From: Flavobacterium sp.
Lineage (GTDB): Bacteria > Bacteroidota > Bacteroidia > Flavobacteriales > Flavobacteriaceae
Assembly (NCBI GenBank): GCA_023259675.1
Contig: JALRGT010000005.1
Coordinates: 30,363-94,362, forward strand
Length of the DNA: 64,000 nucleotides
Direction of reading: 5' to 3'
Shown: in pieces, positions 1-9,651 of the stretch
Position numbering within the stretch: position 1 is the stretch's first letter
Layout of the letters: each line of letters opens with the position of its first letter
Program-made: the position numbers and the translations under genes
Notes under the pieces: model-generated
Told to the model about the DNA's origin: nothing
What the model saw: only the letters and a program-made list of their open reading frames with translations
Databases searched by the model: none

Positions 1-1684
1 AAGCACCCCAACTGTCCATAGTTGTTTTAATTCGCTCATAACCTACCAAGATCTCTAAATTATGGTTCTCCTTAAATGAATCTCTATATGTAAGGGTATT
101 TGCCCAATCGGTTCTTGATAAATCAGTAGCGATGTTGGTTGCTACACCGTTATAAGAAGCACCCCCTCCGTGAATTGGATTTAGAAATAATTTGTTTTCG
201 AGCCCAATGGAATTCAATCCCAAACTGGTTCTAAAAGTCAATTTTTTGTTTAAATCAAACTCTCCATACAAATTTCCTAAAAATGATTTACTAATTGAAG
301 TGGTCAAATCAAGTTCTTGAACCATTGCTAAATTGTAAGCATTTATGGAACCAATAAGCGCCGGAATATTGGCTCCGTAACCTACACTTATTCCGTTTTG
401 AATGCTATAAGATCCATCCGGATTGTAAACAGGTACATTGGGAGGCAAAACATAAGTCATTCTTCCCAAAGGTTCATTAGTGATATACTCTGTGTTATAG
501 GTAGATGAAGACAAGGTATTACCCGCAACGGCACCCGTATTTGGCCCTACGTTTTTTGCTCTACTATAAGAAACATTGGCACCAGCCCTAATAAAATTAT
601 TGACCTTATGACTGATGTTTAATCGTGTCATGTAATTTTGAAACGTATTGTTTTTTATAAAACTATTTTGGTTTGTATAGTCTACAGAAAAATAATATTG
701 AGTCGTTTCATTAGCTCCCGAAATGTTAATATTGTGATTGCTCGAAAAACCCGGTTCGTAAGCCACATCATACCAATTCGTATTTACCGTACTTCCATCG
801 GGATTGGTAGCCAAGAAAAAACCAGGTGCTTTACCGGCATTGACCAAGGCTTCATTTTTTATCATAGTATAATCTTCTGCATTCAATAATTTTGGTAAAT
901 TATAAGGTGTGCTTCGACTGAACCAGCTGTTGTAATTGAATTTAGTGGTACCTTTTTTACCTTTTTTGGTGGTAATTACCATAACGCCATTTGCTGCTCT
1001 AGAGCCATAAATTGCGGCAGCCGAAGCATCTTTCAACACATTGATGGACTCAATATCATTGGGGTTAATTCCAGAAAGTGGATTGTTACCAACAAATCCA
1101 CCCAATGAACCGGTAAAAACAGCCACACCATCTACCACTATTAAAGGAAAAAGCCCAGATGTAATCGTATTTAAACCTCGAACCCGGATAACAGGTGTGT
1201 TATTCAATACACTAGTAGATTGAATAACATCGATTCCCGTTCCTTGACCGCCTAATAATTGATCAAAACTGGCTGAAGGACGGTTCTGTAATTGCTTGGC
1301 TGAAACTGTGGAAACGGAACCGGAAAACTCAGATTTTTTCTGGGATAAATACCCACTCGAAATTAGGATTTCATCTAATTGATTAGAGTCTTTAAGTAGT
1401 CTCACTGTTAATAAATCAAAAGAGTGTACCACAATTTCCTGTGTTTGATATCCAATATAACTCAATTTTAATGTAAATGGCAATTTTTGATTTTGAATAA
1501 CAAATTCGCCATTTTTATTGGTTGTAGTTTCTTCAATTTTTGAATGAACCGTTGCCCCAACCAGAGGCAAATTGTTTTTGGCATCTACGACTATTCCTTT
1601 CAAATTTTGTTGTTGCGCATTCATCATCGCAGTAAACAAAAAGAAAAAACAGATCAGTAACTTTAAATATTTTTTTCGTAACAT
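1..1684 (-). CDS. SusC/RagA TonB-dependent receptor, 5' part (runs off left edge; missing from ORF track)
   Basis: Manual translation from ATG at 1684: MLRKKYLKLLICFFFLFTAMMNAQ (signal peptide)...LPLVGATV...LSYIGY...INPNDIESINVLKDASAAAIYGSRAANGVMVITTKKG (SusC plug signature); same frame still reads as protein at bases 1-61. Confidence 0.93.
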   Translation of the reverse strand, partial: MLRKKYLKLLICFFFLFTAMMNAQQQNLKGIVVDAKNNLPLVGATVHSKIEETTTNKNGEFVIQNQKLPFTLKLSYIGYQTQEIVVHSFDLLTVRLLKDSNQLDEILISSGYLSQKKSEFSGSVSTVSAKQLQNRPSASFDQLLGGQGTGIDVIQSTSVLNNTPVIRVRGLNTITSGLFPLIVVDGVAVFTGSLGGFVGNNPLSGINPNDIESINVLKDASAAAIYGSRAANGVMVITTKKGKKGTTKFNYNSWFSRSTPYNLPKLLNAEDYTMIKNEALVNAGKAPGFFLATNPDGSTVNTNWYDVAYEPGFSSNHNINISGANETTQYYFSVDYTNQNSFIKNNTFQNYMTRLNISHKVNNFIRAGANVSYSRAKNVGPNTGAVAGNTLSSSTYNTEYITNEPLGRMTYVLPPNVPVYNPDGSYSIQNGISVGYGANIPALIGSINAYNLAMVQELDLTTSISKSFLGNLYGEFDLNKKLTFRTSLGLNSIGLENKLFLNPIHGGGASYNGVATNIATDLSRTDWANTLTYRDSFKENHNLEILVGYERIKTTMDSWGA

Positions 1685-1809
1685 AATTATAAGTATTGAT
1701 TTTAATATTAAAATTTAAACTAACAAAGAAGTTTGTAATTAACATTTATAACAGCAGTAATGCTAATATACTTTGTGCATATACTTTCATTTGCTATTTT
1801 ATTATTCGT

Positions 1810-2316
1810 TTAAATTTGATGATTACTCGTTTGAGCATTTGCAGCAAATTTTTGCTGTTCTTTTTTCAAATTCATTTCGATGTAATAACTCTCATTATAT
1901 TTTCCAGCAATAACAAGGGCACCCGCAACCAAAACAAGATTTTTTATAATGTATTGGCCTATCATGGTTGGTTCGTAAGGAAATATCTCAAAACAGCTGG
2001 ATTGTAGAATAAAGAAAGGAGTGAGGGTTGCTATCATGTGTAATAACAGCAATACAATAGCTGTAGGAATCAATTTCCTAATTAATAATCCTAATCCAAT
2101 CAAGACTTCACAAATTCCAAGAATTGGAATAAAAAATTCTGGTCTAAACCAAAAAACGGTTTTCTCTACCAAATCACCGGCAGGACTCATTCCGAAAATT
2201 TTCAGAATTCCAAACCAAATATATATTATCGATAGGGCAGTGCGCATTAAGTTGACACCGTGTTTCCCCATTTTATTACTTAACAAGAAATAGAAAAAAT
2301 TAAAAGTAGTTTTCAT
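1810..2316 (-). CDS. DoxX/DUF417 (RclC-like) inner-membrane protein
   Basis: Four hydrophobic segments; LMRTALSIIYIWFGILKIF and GQYIIKNLVLVAGAL resemble DoxX/DUF417 motifs. Confidence 0.7.
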   Translation of the reverse strand: MKTTFNFFYFLLSNKMGKHGVNLMRTALSIIYIWFGILKIFGMSPAGDLVEKTVFWFRPEFFIPILGICEVLIGLGLLIRKLIPTAIVLLLLHMIATLTPFFILQSSCFEIFPYEPTMIGQYIIKNLVLVAGALVIAGKYNESYYIEMNLKKEQQKFAANAQTSNHQI

Positions 2317-2362
2317 TTGTTTCGAATTTTGGATAATAAATCATTAGAACAAAGTGTTTATA

Positions 2363-3565
2363 TTAAAGCATTGTTAGCTTCATCTTTTTGCTTAAATTAA
2401 ATCGGTAAGAATATCCTAAATTAATAGAATAGTCAGCGAAAGCAGCATCTCCTTGGACATGCACATATTTGGAAGGATCAGTGATAACTGAATTTAGTAA
2501 ATTCTGACGGGCAATATCAGCAGCACTTTGAATACGGTTTTTTACAATATTGTAAGGAATAAATAAGCTAAAATTATGTTTTCCTACATGATAAGAAAAG
2601 CCATATTCTATCGCCACAACGTATCCAGGGCGACGATAGGCAACTTGTCCCCCAAAAGCATCATAGGCAGGAATGCCTTCAACTCTTCCGGCCAATGAAA
2701 CATTAAAATTCTCTTTTTTGTCTACTGCAACCGATAAACCTGCTCTTGCAAAATATTGGTCAGGACAAGCATAAATTTCATAACCTTCTAAACCTGCTTT
2801 TGGCGCTGATTTAAATGTGCCATTCGATTCCTTTGGGTTGAATAAATAATAACCATTTGCAAATCCGTAAAGGCGTTCAGTTAATTGTCGGAATACTTGA
2901 ATTTCTGCAGTAATTCCAACTCCGCCATCTCCTGGCTGAATGGCTTGATCCATTACAACTCTTTTTGTTGTTCCATCGGTTTGCGGTGCATCATCCATTT
3001 TGTCATGGCTACCAGTATTTAATTTTAATCCTAATCCTAACATTAAATTACCTTTATGAGTCGTTTTTGGATCAAAAAACCAATAGTTTACGCTGATTCT
3101 GGCGTCTCCAATACCTTGTGCATAAACACTGTACCGAAGGGTGTCTTTTATGGGGGTTGATTGTTTTAGAACCTGAGAGCGTTCATTATGCACATAAGGC
3201 AAAGTGGCATTTATCTGTATTCTATTGGTTATTCCGTAAGATAAATTAAAATCTATCGCATTCGAATAAATGTTTACGGCATTGCCTCGCTCTACACCAT
3301 TTTCGTCATGTCCACCACCCGTAGTTTGACGGTGTAATTGTTCTTCTTTACCAACAAAATGTCTCCAAGAATGAAAATATCGGTAATTTGTCCCTATTTG
3401 AAATTCGCCTTTGTCTAAATTATATGAACTGGCAGAATTCATATTAAGCCCACCCATTTGGCGAACAGCTACACAACCTTGTGCTGTAATTTTTTCTGTT
3501 TTTAAAGTGATTAAAATAAAAGTGATTAAAATAAATGCAGTATATAGAAATGAAATTTTTTTCAT
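2363..3565 (-). CDS. Putative outer-membrane beta-barrel / transporter of unknown substrate
   Basis: Signal peptide then QGCVAVR; alternating aromatic/hydrophobic strands; INLGYSYRF beta-signal-like segment near the C-terminus. Confidence 0.6.
   Translation of the reverse strand: MKKISFLYTAFILITFILITLKTEKITAQGCVAVRQMGGLNMNSASSYNLDKGEFQIGTNYRYFHSWRHFVGKEEQLHRQTTGGGHDENGVERGNAVNIYSNAIDFNLSYGITNRIQINATLPYVHNERSQVLKQSTPIKDTLRYSVYAQGIGDARISVNYWFFDPKTTHKGNLMLGLGLKLNTGSHDKMDDAPQTDGTTKRVVMDQAIQPGDGGVGITAEIQVFRQLTERLYGFANGYYLFNPKESNGTFKSAPKAGLEGYEIYACPDQYFARAGLSVAVDKKENFNVSLAGRVEGIPAYDAFGGQVAYRRPGYVVAIEYGFSYHVGKHNFSLFIPYNIVKNRIQSAADIARQNLLNSVITDPSKYVHVQGDAAFADYSINLGYSYRFNLSKKMKLTML
3504..3533. repeat. 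Perfect 15-bp tandem duplication (AAAGTGATTAAAATA x2) in the signal peptide
   Basis: Seen directly; encodes FILIT-FILIT on the minus strand. Confidence 0.9.
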
Positions 3566-3963
3566 GATTTGTATATGTTTTTAAAAGAAATTTAAATGTT
3601 GAAGTTTTGAATTCATAAAATGAATTATCCCCAATTGGTTTCGCTTTCCAAAAGAAGAATAAATCGTACAATAATCGGGTAGTAAATTTTACAAACAAAT
3701 TACATAAGCTTGATAAAACATGAAATTGTTTAGGAACAAGATAAGGGATGTTGTCAAATATTGATTTGCCAATTAAGAGTTCCTAAAAACAATTCGTTAC
3801 AAGATCTTTTGAACCGTGTAAGTATTGTTTTTAAGAACTATAACATCTACAAAGTATAAATAATAACTTTTAGAAAATGGCTACTAATATGAAATCAACA
3901 AATCAATAATTGACTCAGAATGTGAGACAATAACTATTCTCTTAACATGTTTTGTTGAAATTT

Positions 3964-6900
3964 TTAATTGATTTTAACGCTTTGTAAAAACGAATTGTTT
4001 TTAGTAACCAAAAGATAGCTTTTTCCCTTAACACTAATTTTTTCCATGTTTTTAACATCTCCTGGAGTAAAAAATCCGCTATCAATTGCTGAAATCGATT
4101 TGAATTTTCCTTTGCCATCTCCTTTCAACAGTAATCCATGACCGGCATCGTTTCGAGGCGTTTCTACTTCGGAATTGAACATGTTTCCACTTATTAAAAC
4201 ATCGAGTTTGCCATCTTTATCATAATCATCTATCATTATTTGATTGATGCAACTAAGTTGAGCATCAACCGGAAGTTCATGGATTATGAATTTGCCGTTT
4301 TTATTTTCTAAATAAATACTGGCAAATGACTTTACTTTATAATGTAAGGCTTCTTTAAGTGATTTCTCTGTATAAACATCGACCAAGGTAGCTTCAGAAA
4401 AACTTTCGTAATCTTTGAATTTCTTCTTGATATTTGGAATTTGTTGAGACGAACAACCACGACCACGCACAGGATATTGCTTGCCGTCATTGTAGTAACT
4501 CAACACGATGTCTTTGTGTTTATCGTTATCAAAATCTTTAACAAAAATATCAAAGGTTTCTTCGGGAGTGGCTTTGTATTTGTAATTCAAGCCATTATTT
4601 CCAACGATATAATCCATGTCTCCATCATTATCAAAATCACCTTGTTGAATGCTCCACCACCAACCGGTAGTATCAACAGTTAGTCCAAGTTCTTCTGAAA
4701 CTTCTTTGAAACCTGTTTTAGTATTTTGAAAAATACGGATTGGCATCCATTCGCCCACAATAATGATATCATCCAATTTGTCATTATTAAAATCGGTAAT
4801 TACGGCACTTGTAGCCATACCTAAATCGACAAATTCTTTGGGTGCTTTTTTAGAAACTTCAAATTTTGGTTGTGATGCCGTGCTAATATTATGCAATAAA
4901 TAAGTAGTTGCCGGTGACGGATATTGTCCCGGAACTTGTCTTCCTAATACTAAAAGGTCTTGCTTTCCATCTTTATCATAATCTATTGGATACGCTTTTG
5001 AACCACTTGTTAGCATCGTTGGCAGTACTCCTTTTTGCGCTTTGGTAAAATCGCCTTTTCCGTTATTGAGGTATAATCTGTCTTGTAATTTTGGGTCGTT
5101 AACCAAAAATTCATAACCACCACTCACTACATATAAGTCATTGTCACCATCATTATCGGCGTCAAAAATAACAACTCCAGTATCTTCGCTAGAATTATCA
5201 TCTTCTAGTGCTTGTATTTTTTTCTCTACAAACCCATTTTTAGTTTGCATAAACACTTTAGCAGAAAATGTAGCGGCACCTCCTATGATGTAATCATCAA
5301 GTCCATCTTTATTTAAATCTCCGACAGCAATAGCTGGACCAAAAGTTGACATTTTGTGAGGTAATAAAACTTGATCTTTAAAATCATCATACTTATTTTC
5401 TTCGTGTTTAAAAACGGGAAACACACTGTCTTCAGTTGTAAACAAAGGGGCTTTAGTAGTTATTTTCGCTGCCGTTTCATCTTTGGCATCTTGCTCTTTA
5501 AAGCTTAGTGTTTGGTTTGCTTTTACATTGTATAATTTTTGCACCTTACCATTAGTCCAAACTACTTTAACTTCATCAATTGTAATGTCTTTTGCTACAC
5601 CAAAATGCAATTCGGGAGCCACAGACGATTGAAAACCTCTGGATAAAGTAAGCTCTTGCATCTGGGTTCCTTTTTTGGTTTTTACATAAACACGATTCCC
5701 TAGACCAGAAGTGTTTTTTGAACTTCCTTCAAATTTTACTTTAATGTAATTATTGAAATTAGAACTTGAATTTTCAAAAACAGAGGCATAATCGTCAATA
5801 TTATTTACCACCAAATCTAAATCGCCATCGTTATCTAAATCGGCATAAACTACACCATTTGAAAAACCTTTATATTCAATTCCCCATTTTTCATTTACTT
5901 GTTCAAAATTTAAATTTCCTTTATTTTGAAACATAAAATTATCAATTTTCTCTGAAGGAATTTCTTGAGATTTTTTAAGTAAGTCTTTTGGTTTTAAATT
6001 TAAAGCTTCTAAACTATGAAAGAAATCATTGTTATTAATTTCTCTTCTGGTACCATTGGTTATAAACAAATCTTTATTCCCGTCATTGTCAAAATCCGCA
6101 AATAAAGGCCCCCAACTCCAATCTGTAGAAGAAGTTCCAGTAATACGAGATACATTGCCAAAATGAGGTATACCTTCTTCATTAACGCCTGTATTCAACT
6201 GCATGCAATTGTGCATGTATTGGTAATTAAAACCGGCATCTACTACATCCCAAAAAAGTTGTGGATTCATACTGGACATGTTCGCTTTTTTGCGACGATT
6301 GTCTTTGGCATCCATATCTACCTGAAAAATATCTAAATTTCCATCGTTGTTAAAATCGGAAACATCTGCACCCATTCCGTAAAAAGAATTATGGGATGTC
6401 GCCTCTTTTACCACTTCCTTAAAAGTACCATCATGGTTGTTGATGTACATGAAATCAGGAGAATTGAAATCATTGGAAACATATATATCAGGCCAGCTGT
6501 CATTGTTTAAATCTCCAACTGTTGCACTTAATGATAACCCATAGGCTTTTACACCAGCCTCTTCGGTAACATTTGCAAAATGGTCACCATCATTTCGGTA
6601 TAGATGCCCTGATTCATTGTCTTTGACATGGCGCATCATCTGTACATAATCACTAGTTGCCGAACTAAATTTGGTAGGGGGGTAGTTGGCTACAAATAAA
6701 TCCAAATCGCCATCTTTATCATAATCAAAAAATGTTCCCTGGACACTGTTTCCGATATCATCAATACCGTATTCTTTGGCTTTTTCCGTAAACGTTCCAT
6801 TGCCATTATTGATATACAATTCATTGTTTTTCGTTCCAAATTTTCCTCCTACGCTACAATAAATATCTAAAAAACCATCACCATTTACATCCGCCATAGT

Positions 6901-7284
6901 GACTCCAGTGTACCAACGGGTATCACCTTCAACACCAGCTTTTTCAGTAATGTCTTCAAATTTTAGATTGCCTTTGTTTAAATACAATTTATTTGACACC
7001 TGATTCCCTGTAAAAAAGAGATCTACCAGGCCATCATTATTAATATCTCCTGTTGCAACCCCTCCTCCCATATAAATATAATTATAGGTAAAGTAATTCA
7101 AGGAATCATTTTCTATCAAGTTATTGCTAAAATCAATCCCTGTATCGGAACGGTCTAATGTAGAAAATATCTTCTCACTTGAATCTTTTGTAGAACAGTT
7201 AATAAGCAATAATAAGCTTAATAGGCTAAAAATAACTGCTTTCATTTTTCTATTTTTCATCTTTATAATAATAAAATTTATCAT
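3964..7284 (-). CDS. FG-GAP/VCBS-repeat + ASPIC/UnbV lipoprotein (two propeller regions)
   Basis: Lipobox LLLLINC; many DxNxDGxxD repeats; ASPIC/UnbV-like RGFQSSVAPELHFG; true start may be a downstream Met. Confidence 0.9.
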   Translation of the reverse strand: MINFIIIKMKNRKMKAVIFSLLSLLLLINCSTKDSSEKIFSTLDRSDTGIDFSNNLIENDSLNYFTYNYIYMGGGVATGDINNDGLVDLFFTGNQVSNKLYLNKGNLKFEDITEKAGVEGDTRWYTGVTMADVNGDGFLDIYCSVGGKFGTKNNELYINNGNGTFTEKAKEYGIDDIGNSVQGTFFDYDKDGDLDLFVANYPPTKFSSATSDYVQMMRHVKDNESGHLYRNDGDHFANVTEEAGVKAYGLSLSATVGDLNNDSWPDIYVSNDFNSPDFMYINNHDGTFKEVVKEATSHNSFYGMGADVSDFNNDGNLDIFQVDMDAKDNRRKKANMSSMNPQLFWDVVDAGFNYQYMHNCMQLNTGVNEEGIPHFGNVSRITGTSSTDWSWGPLFADFDNDGNKDLFITNGTRREINNNDFFHSLEALNLKPKDLLKKSQEIPSEKIDNFMFQNKGNLNFEQVNEKWGIEYKGFSNGVVYADLDNDGDLDLVVNNIDDYASVFENSSSNFNNYIKVKFEGSSKNTSGLGNRVYVKTKKGTQMQELTLSRGFQSSVAPELHFGVAKDITIDEVKVVWTNGKVQKLYNVKANQTLSFKEQDAKDETAAKITTKAPLFTTEDSVFPVFKHEENKYDDFKDQVLLPHKMSTFGPAIAVGDLNKDGLDDYIIGGAATFSAKVFMQTKNGFVEKKIQALEDDNSSEDTGVVIFDADNDGDNDLYVVSGGYEFLVNDPKLQDRLYLNNGKGDFTKAQKGVLPTMLTSGSKAYPIDYDKDGKQDLLVLGRQVPGQYPSPATTYLLHNISTASQPKFEVSKKAPKEFVDLGMATSAVITDFNNDKLDDIIIVGEWMPIRIFQNTKTGFKEVSEELGLTVDTTGWWWSIQQGDFDNDGDMDYIVGNNGLNYKYKATPEETFDIFVKDFDNDKHKDIVLSYYNDGKQYPVRGRGCSSQQIPNIKKKFKDYESFSEATLVDVYTEKSLKEALHYKVKSFASIYLENKNGKFIIHELPVDAQLSCINQIMIDDYDKDGKLDVLISGNMFNSEVETPRNDAGHGLLLKGDGKGKFKSISAIDSGFFTPGDVKNMEKISVKGKSYLLVTKNNSFLQSVKIN

Positions 7285-7293
7285 TTTGTTTCT

Positions 7294-7338
7294 TTAATGT
7301 CTTAATTCAATGTCTTAATTCAATGTCTAAGACATTAA
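7294..7338. repeat. 13-bp tandem repeat (AATGTCTTAATTC, ~2.5 copies) ending in an inverted copy
   Basis: Units at 7296-7308, 7309-7321, partial 7322-7328; TTAATGTCTT (7294) pairs with AAGACATTAA (7329). Confidence 0.85.
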
Positions 7339-7372
7339 TCTTTATCCAACTTGGCTTTTCAAGTATCTGTTT

Positions 7373-9583
7373 TTATATACAAATAGAAGATTTCGCACCA
7401 GCAGTTGGAAAAACTGTTCTTTTAATATCAACTTTTGAAAAGTTATTTTCTCCCTCAATAATTTTAATGTATTGATTTGGCTGAATGTTTTTAAACACTT
7501 TCTTCTTATGACTTTTTGGCCAAGTAATTTCGATTTGGTCAATGATTGTAGCTTGTCCAATTCCGATTTCCATTCTTAAAGCCGATGCCCCAAAACTTCC
7601 GCCTGAATTTAATATCCTATATACAGATCTGGAAACACCATTTTCTTTGAAACTGACTTTTATTTTGGTTCCAATTGCGGAACGATTGGTATCTGTACCT
7701 TCTAATTGCAATTTTATCCAACGGTTGTTGTTTTGACCCGGATTGAGGTATAGGGAATTATAAAAGGAATCTCCAATATAGGCACCACCAATTTCTGCAA
7801 AAATGTCGGCATCACCATCATTGTCCAAATCATTAAAAGCTACACCATGACCTTTTTGTAAATTTCCTACTCGACTGGAAACAGTAACATCTGCAAATTT
7901 TCCGTTGCCCATATTCCGGAATAATTTATTTGGAGTAAGCGATTTATAGTCAGGATTTCCAGTACCAAGATACATGTCCAAAAAGCCATCATTATCGATA
8001 TCTCCAAAATTAGACCCCATTGCGAATACAGTTTTATGTAAACCTGCTTCTTGAGAAACATCAGTAAAAGTACCATCATGGTTATTGTGGTACAAATACA
8101 TTTTACTGCCGTCATTGGCAAAACCTAATGCTTCCATAGCAATATTACCCGCAATAGAACCTTGATATTGATAACCACAAACAAAAAGATCTTGCCAGCC
8201 ATCATTATCATAATCCCAAAACCAAGTTGGGAAAGTTAACACTTTGAGTTCTCCTAAACCTGCTTGATCTGTAACATCTATAAATTGAGGAATATCATTT
8301 TTGTTTCCCATGTTTTTCAACAAAATTTTCTTTTTATTCATACCAGAAAGAAACAAATCAACATCTCCATCATTGTCATAATCTGCTGATGTAACTCCTT
8401 TAATAAAACTAACAACGTCACATTTGGCAAGTTTGGCAACATTTTTAAAAGTCCCGTCTTGATTATTCAAATACAATTCGCAAGGGTATGAATTTTCTGA
8501 TGATGATTCGTTACCAATGAATAGGTCTAAATATCCGTCATTATTGAAATCATTCCAAGTCGCTGTTTGGGTAGGAAATTCAGAATATATTCCGCTTTTA
8601 ATGGTCACGTCAGTAAAAGTACCATCACCATTATTACGTAATAAGGAATTAGGTTGTCGGCCTAATTGTTTCATCCAAGCTCCTCTCAATACAAAAATAT
8701 CAGTATCACCATCATTATCATAGTCTGCTTGAATCATATTCAAACCTCCTTTGAAACGACCTAATTGAGAAAATTTAGAAATATCTATAAAACCTCCTCT
8801 TTTATCGTTTTGATAATAGTGCATAGCACCATTCAAACTCCAGTCAGAAGTTACAATATCGAGATAATTATCATTGTTAAAATCGTCAAGAATAACCCCG
8901 CCAGATAAATTTCTGCTTTTTATACCAACGTTTGTGGCTACATCTACAAAGGGTTTTACAGTATAATCTGAATTGTTTTTATTCAAATTAGGAATTAGAT
9001 ATTGACTTGGTACTTTTGCTGGATAATCGCCCAAAGTCATATAAGCAATATTGAGCAGCCATCTTGATTCATAATCATTAGGATTTATTTCCAATAATTT
9101 TTTATATACCTCTATTGCTTTTTGAGAACCTTGTCGAATGGTATGAATTCCGTTTTTTTGTATGGGTAAGATACAGGATTCTGTATTGTGATAATTGAAG
9201 CAATTTTGTTTTTCGCCCAATCTCATATACGCAATTGCCAAATTTTTTAGTGATTCAGTGTCGTCTCTACCACCTAACTTTTTTATTTTGTCGATAACCC
9301 TTTCTAGGGTTGCTACTGACTCCGCTTCTTTACCAAGTTTCAATAATGCATTTCCTTTGTTTATTTCGTTGGAAAATTTGTAAAAACCATCTTCTGAAGT
9401 TTTAATAATGGAGTCGTAGAAAGCCAGTTCTAATTCTGTAGAGAACGGATTGTTTTTCACATCATACATTTTATTTCTAGCCTCCAAAATTCGAACCATC
9501 TTGTCATTGGGATTAGAAAAATAATCGCAAGACTGGGTTGAAATACATACTATAAATAGCAATGATAACGGTTTAAATTTCAT
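7373..9583 (-). CDS. CRTAC1-family lipoprotein (TPR-like N-terminus + FG-GAP repeats + ASPIC/UnbV)
   Basis: Likely start MKFKPLSLLFIVCISTQSC (lipobox; ORF track starts at 9649); helical N-region with Cys pair QNCFNYHNTESC; DYDNDGDxD repeats; SGGSFGASALRMEIGIG. Confidence 0.88.
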   Translation of the reverse strand: MKFKPLSLLFIVCISTQSCDYFSNPNDKMVRILEARNKMYDVKNNPFSTELELAFYDSIIKTSEDGFYKFSNEINKGNALLKLGKEAESVATLERVIDKIKKLGGRDDTESLKNLAIAYMRLGEKQNCFNYHNTESCILPIQKNGIHTIRQGSQKAIEVYKKLLEINPNDYESRWLLNIAYMTLGDYPAKVPSQYLIPNLNKNNSDYTVKPFVDVATNVGIKSRNLSGGVILDDFNNDNYLDIVTSDWSLNGAMHYYQNDKRGGFIDISKFSQLGRFKGGLNMIQADYDNDGDTDIFVLRGAWMKQLGRQPNSLLRNNGDGTFTDVTIKSGIYSEFPTQTATWNDFNNDGYLDLFIGNESSSENSYPCELYLNNQDGTFKNVAKLAKCDVVSFIKGVTSADYDNDGDVDLFLSGMNKKKILLKNMGNKNDIPQFIDVTDQAGLGELKVLTFPTWFWDYDNDGWQDLFVCGYQYQGSIAGNIAMEALGFANDGSKMYLYHNNHDGTFTDVSQEAGLHKTVFAMGSNFGDIDNDGFLDMYLGTGNPDYKSLTPNKLFRNMGNGKFADVTVSSRVGNLQKGHGVAFNDLDNDGDADIFAEIGGAYIGDSFYNSLYLNPGQNNNRWIKLQLEGTDTNRSAIGTKIKVSFKENGVSRSVYRILNSGGSFGASALRMEIGIGQATIIDQIEITWPKSHKKKVFKNIQPNQYIKIIEGENNFSKVDIKRTVFPTAGAKSSICI

Positions 9584-9651
9584 AATTAAAACATTTATGA
9601 TTGGGCTAGTCACTTTTACGTTGTGAAAGTTATTTAAAAAAAACTTCATTA

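Noticed and set aside
638-2293. Short ORF-track entries (638-889, 1041-1223, 1533-1745, 1696-2007, 2021-2293)
   Set aside because: Antisense or off-frame shadows of the susC and DoxX-like genes; the same applies to most short ORFs nested in long genes across the window
3444-3963. 84-aa ORF and long spacer upstream of the beta-barrel as a leader peptide or riboswitch
   Set aside because: TTG start, overlaps the barrel gene out of frame, and no riboswitch consensus recognised by eye
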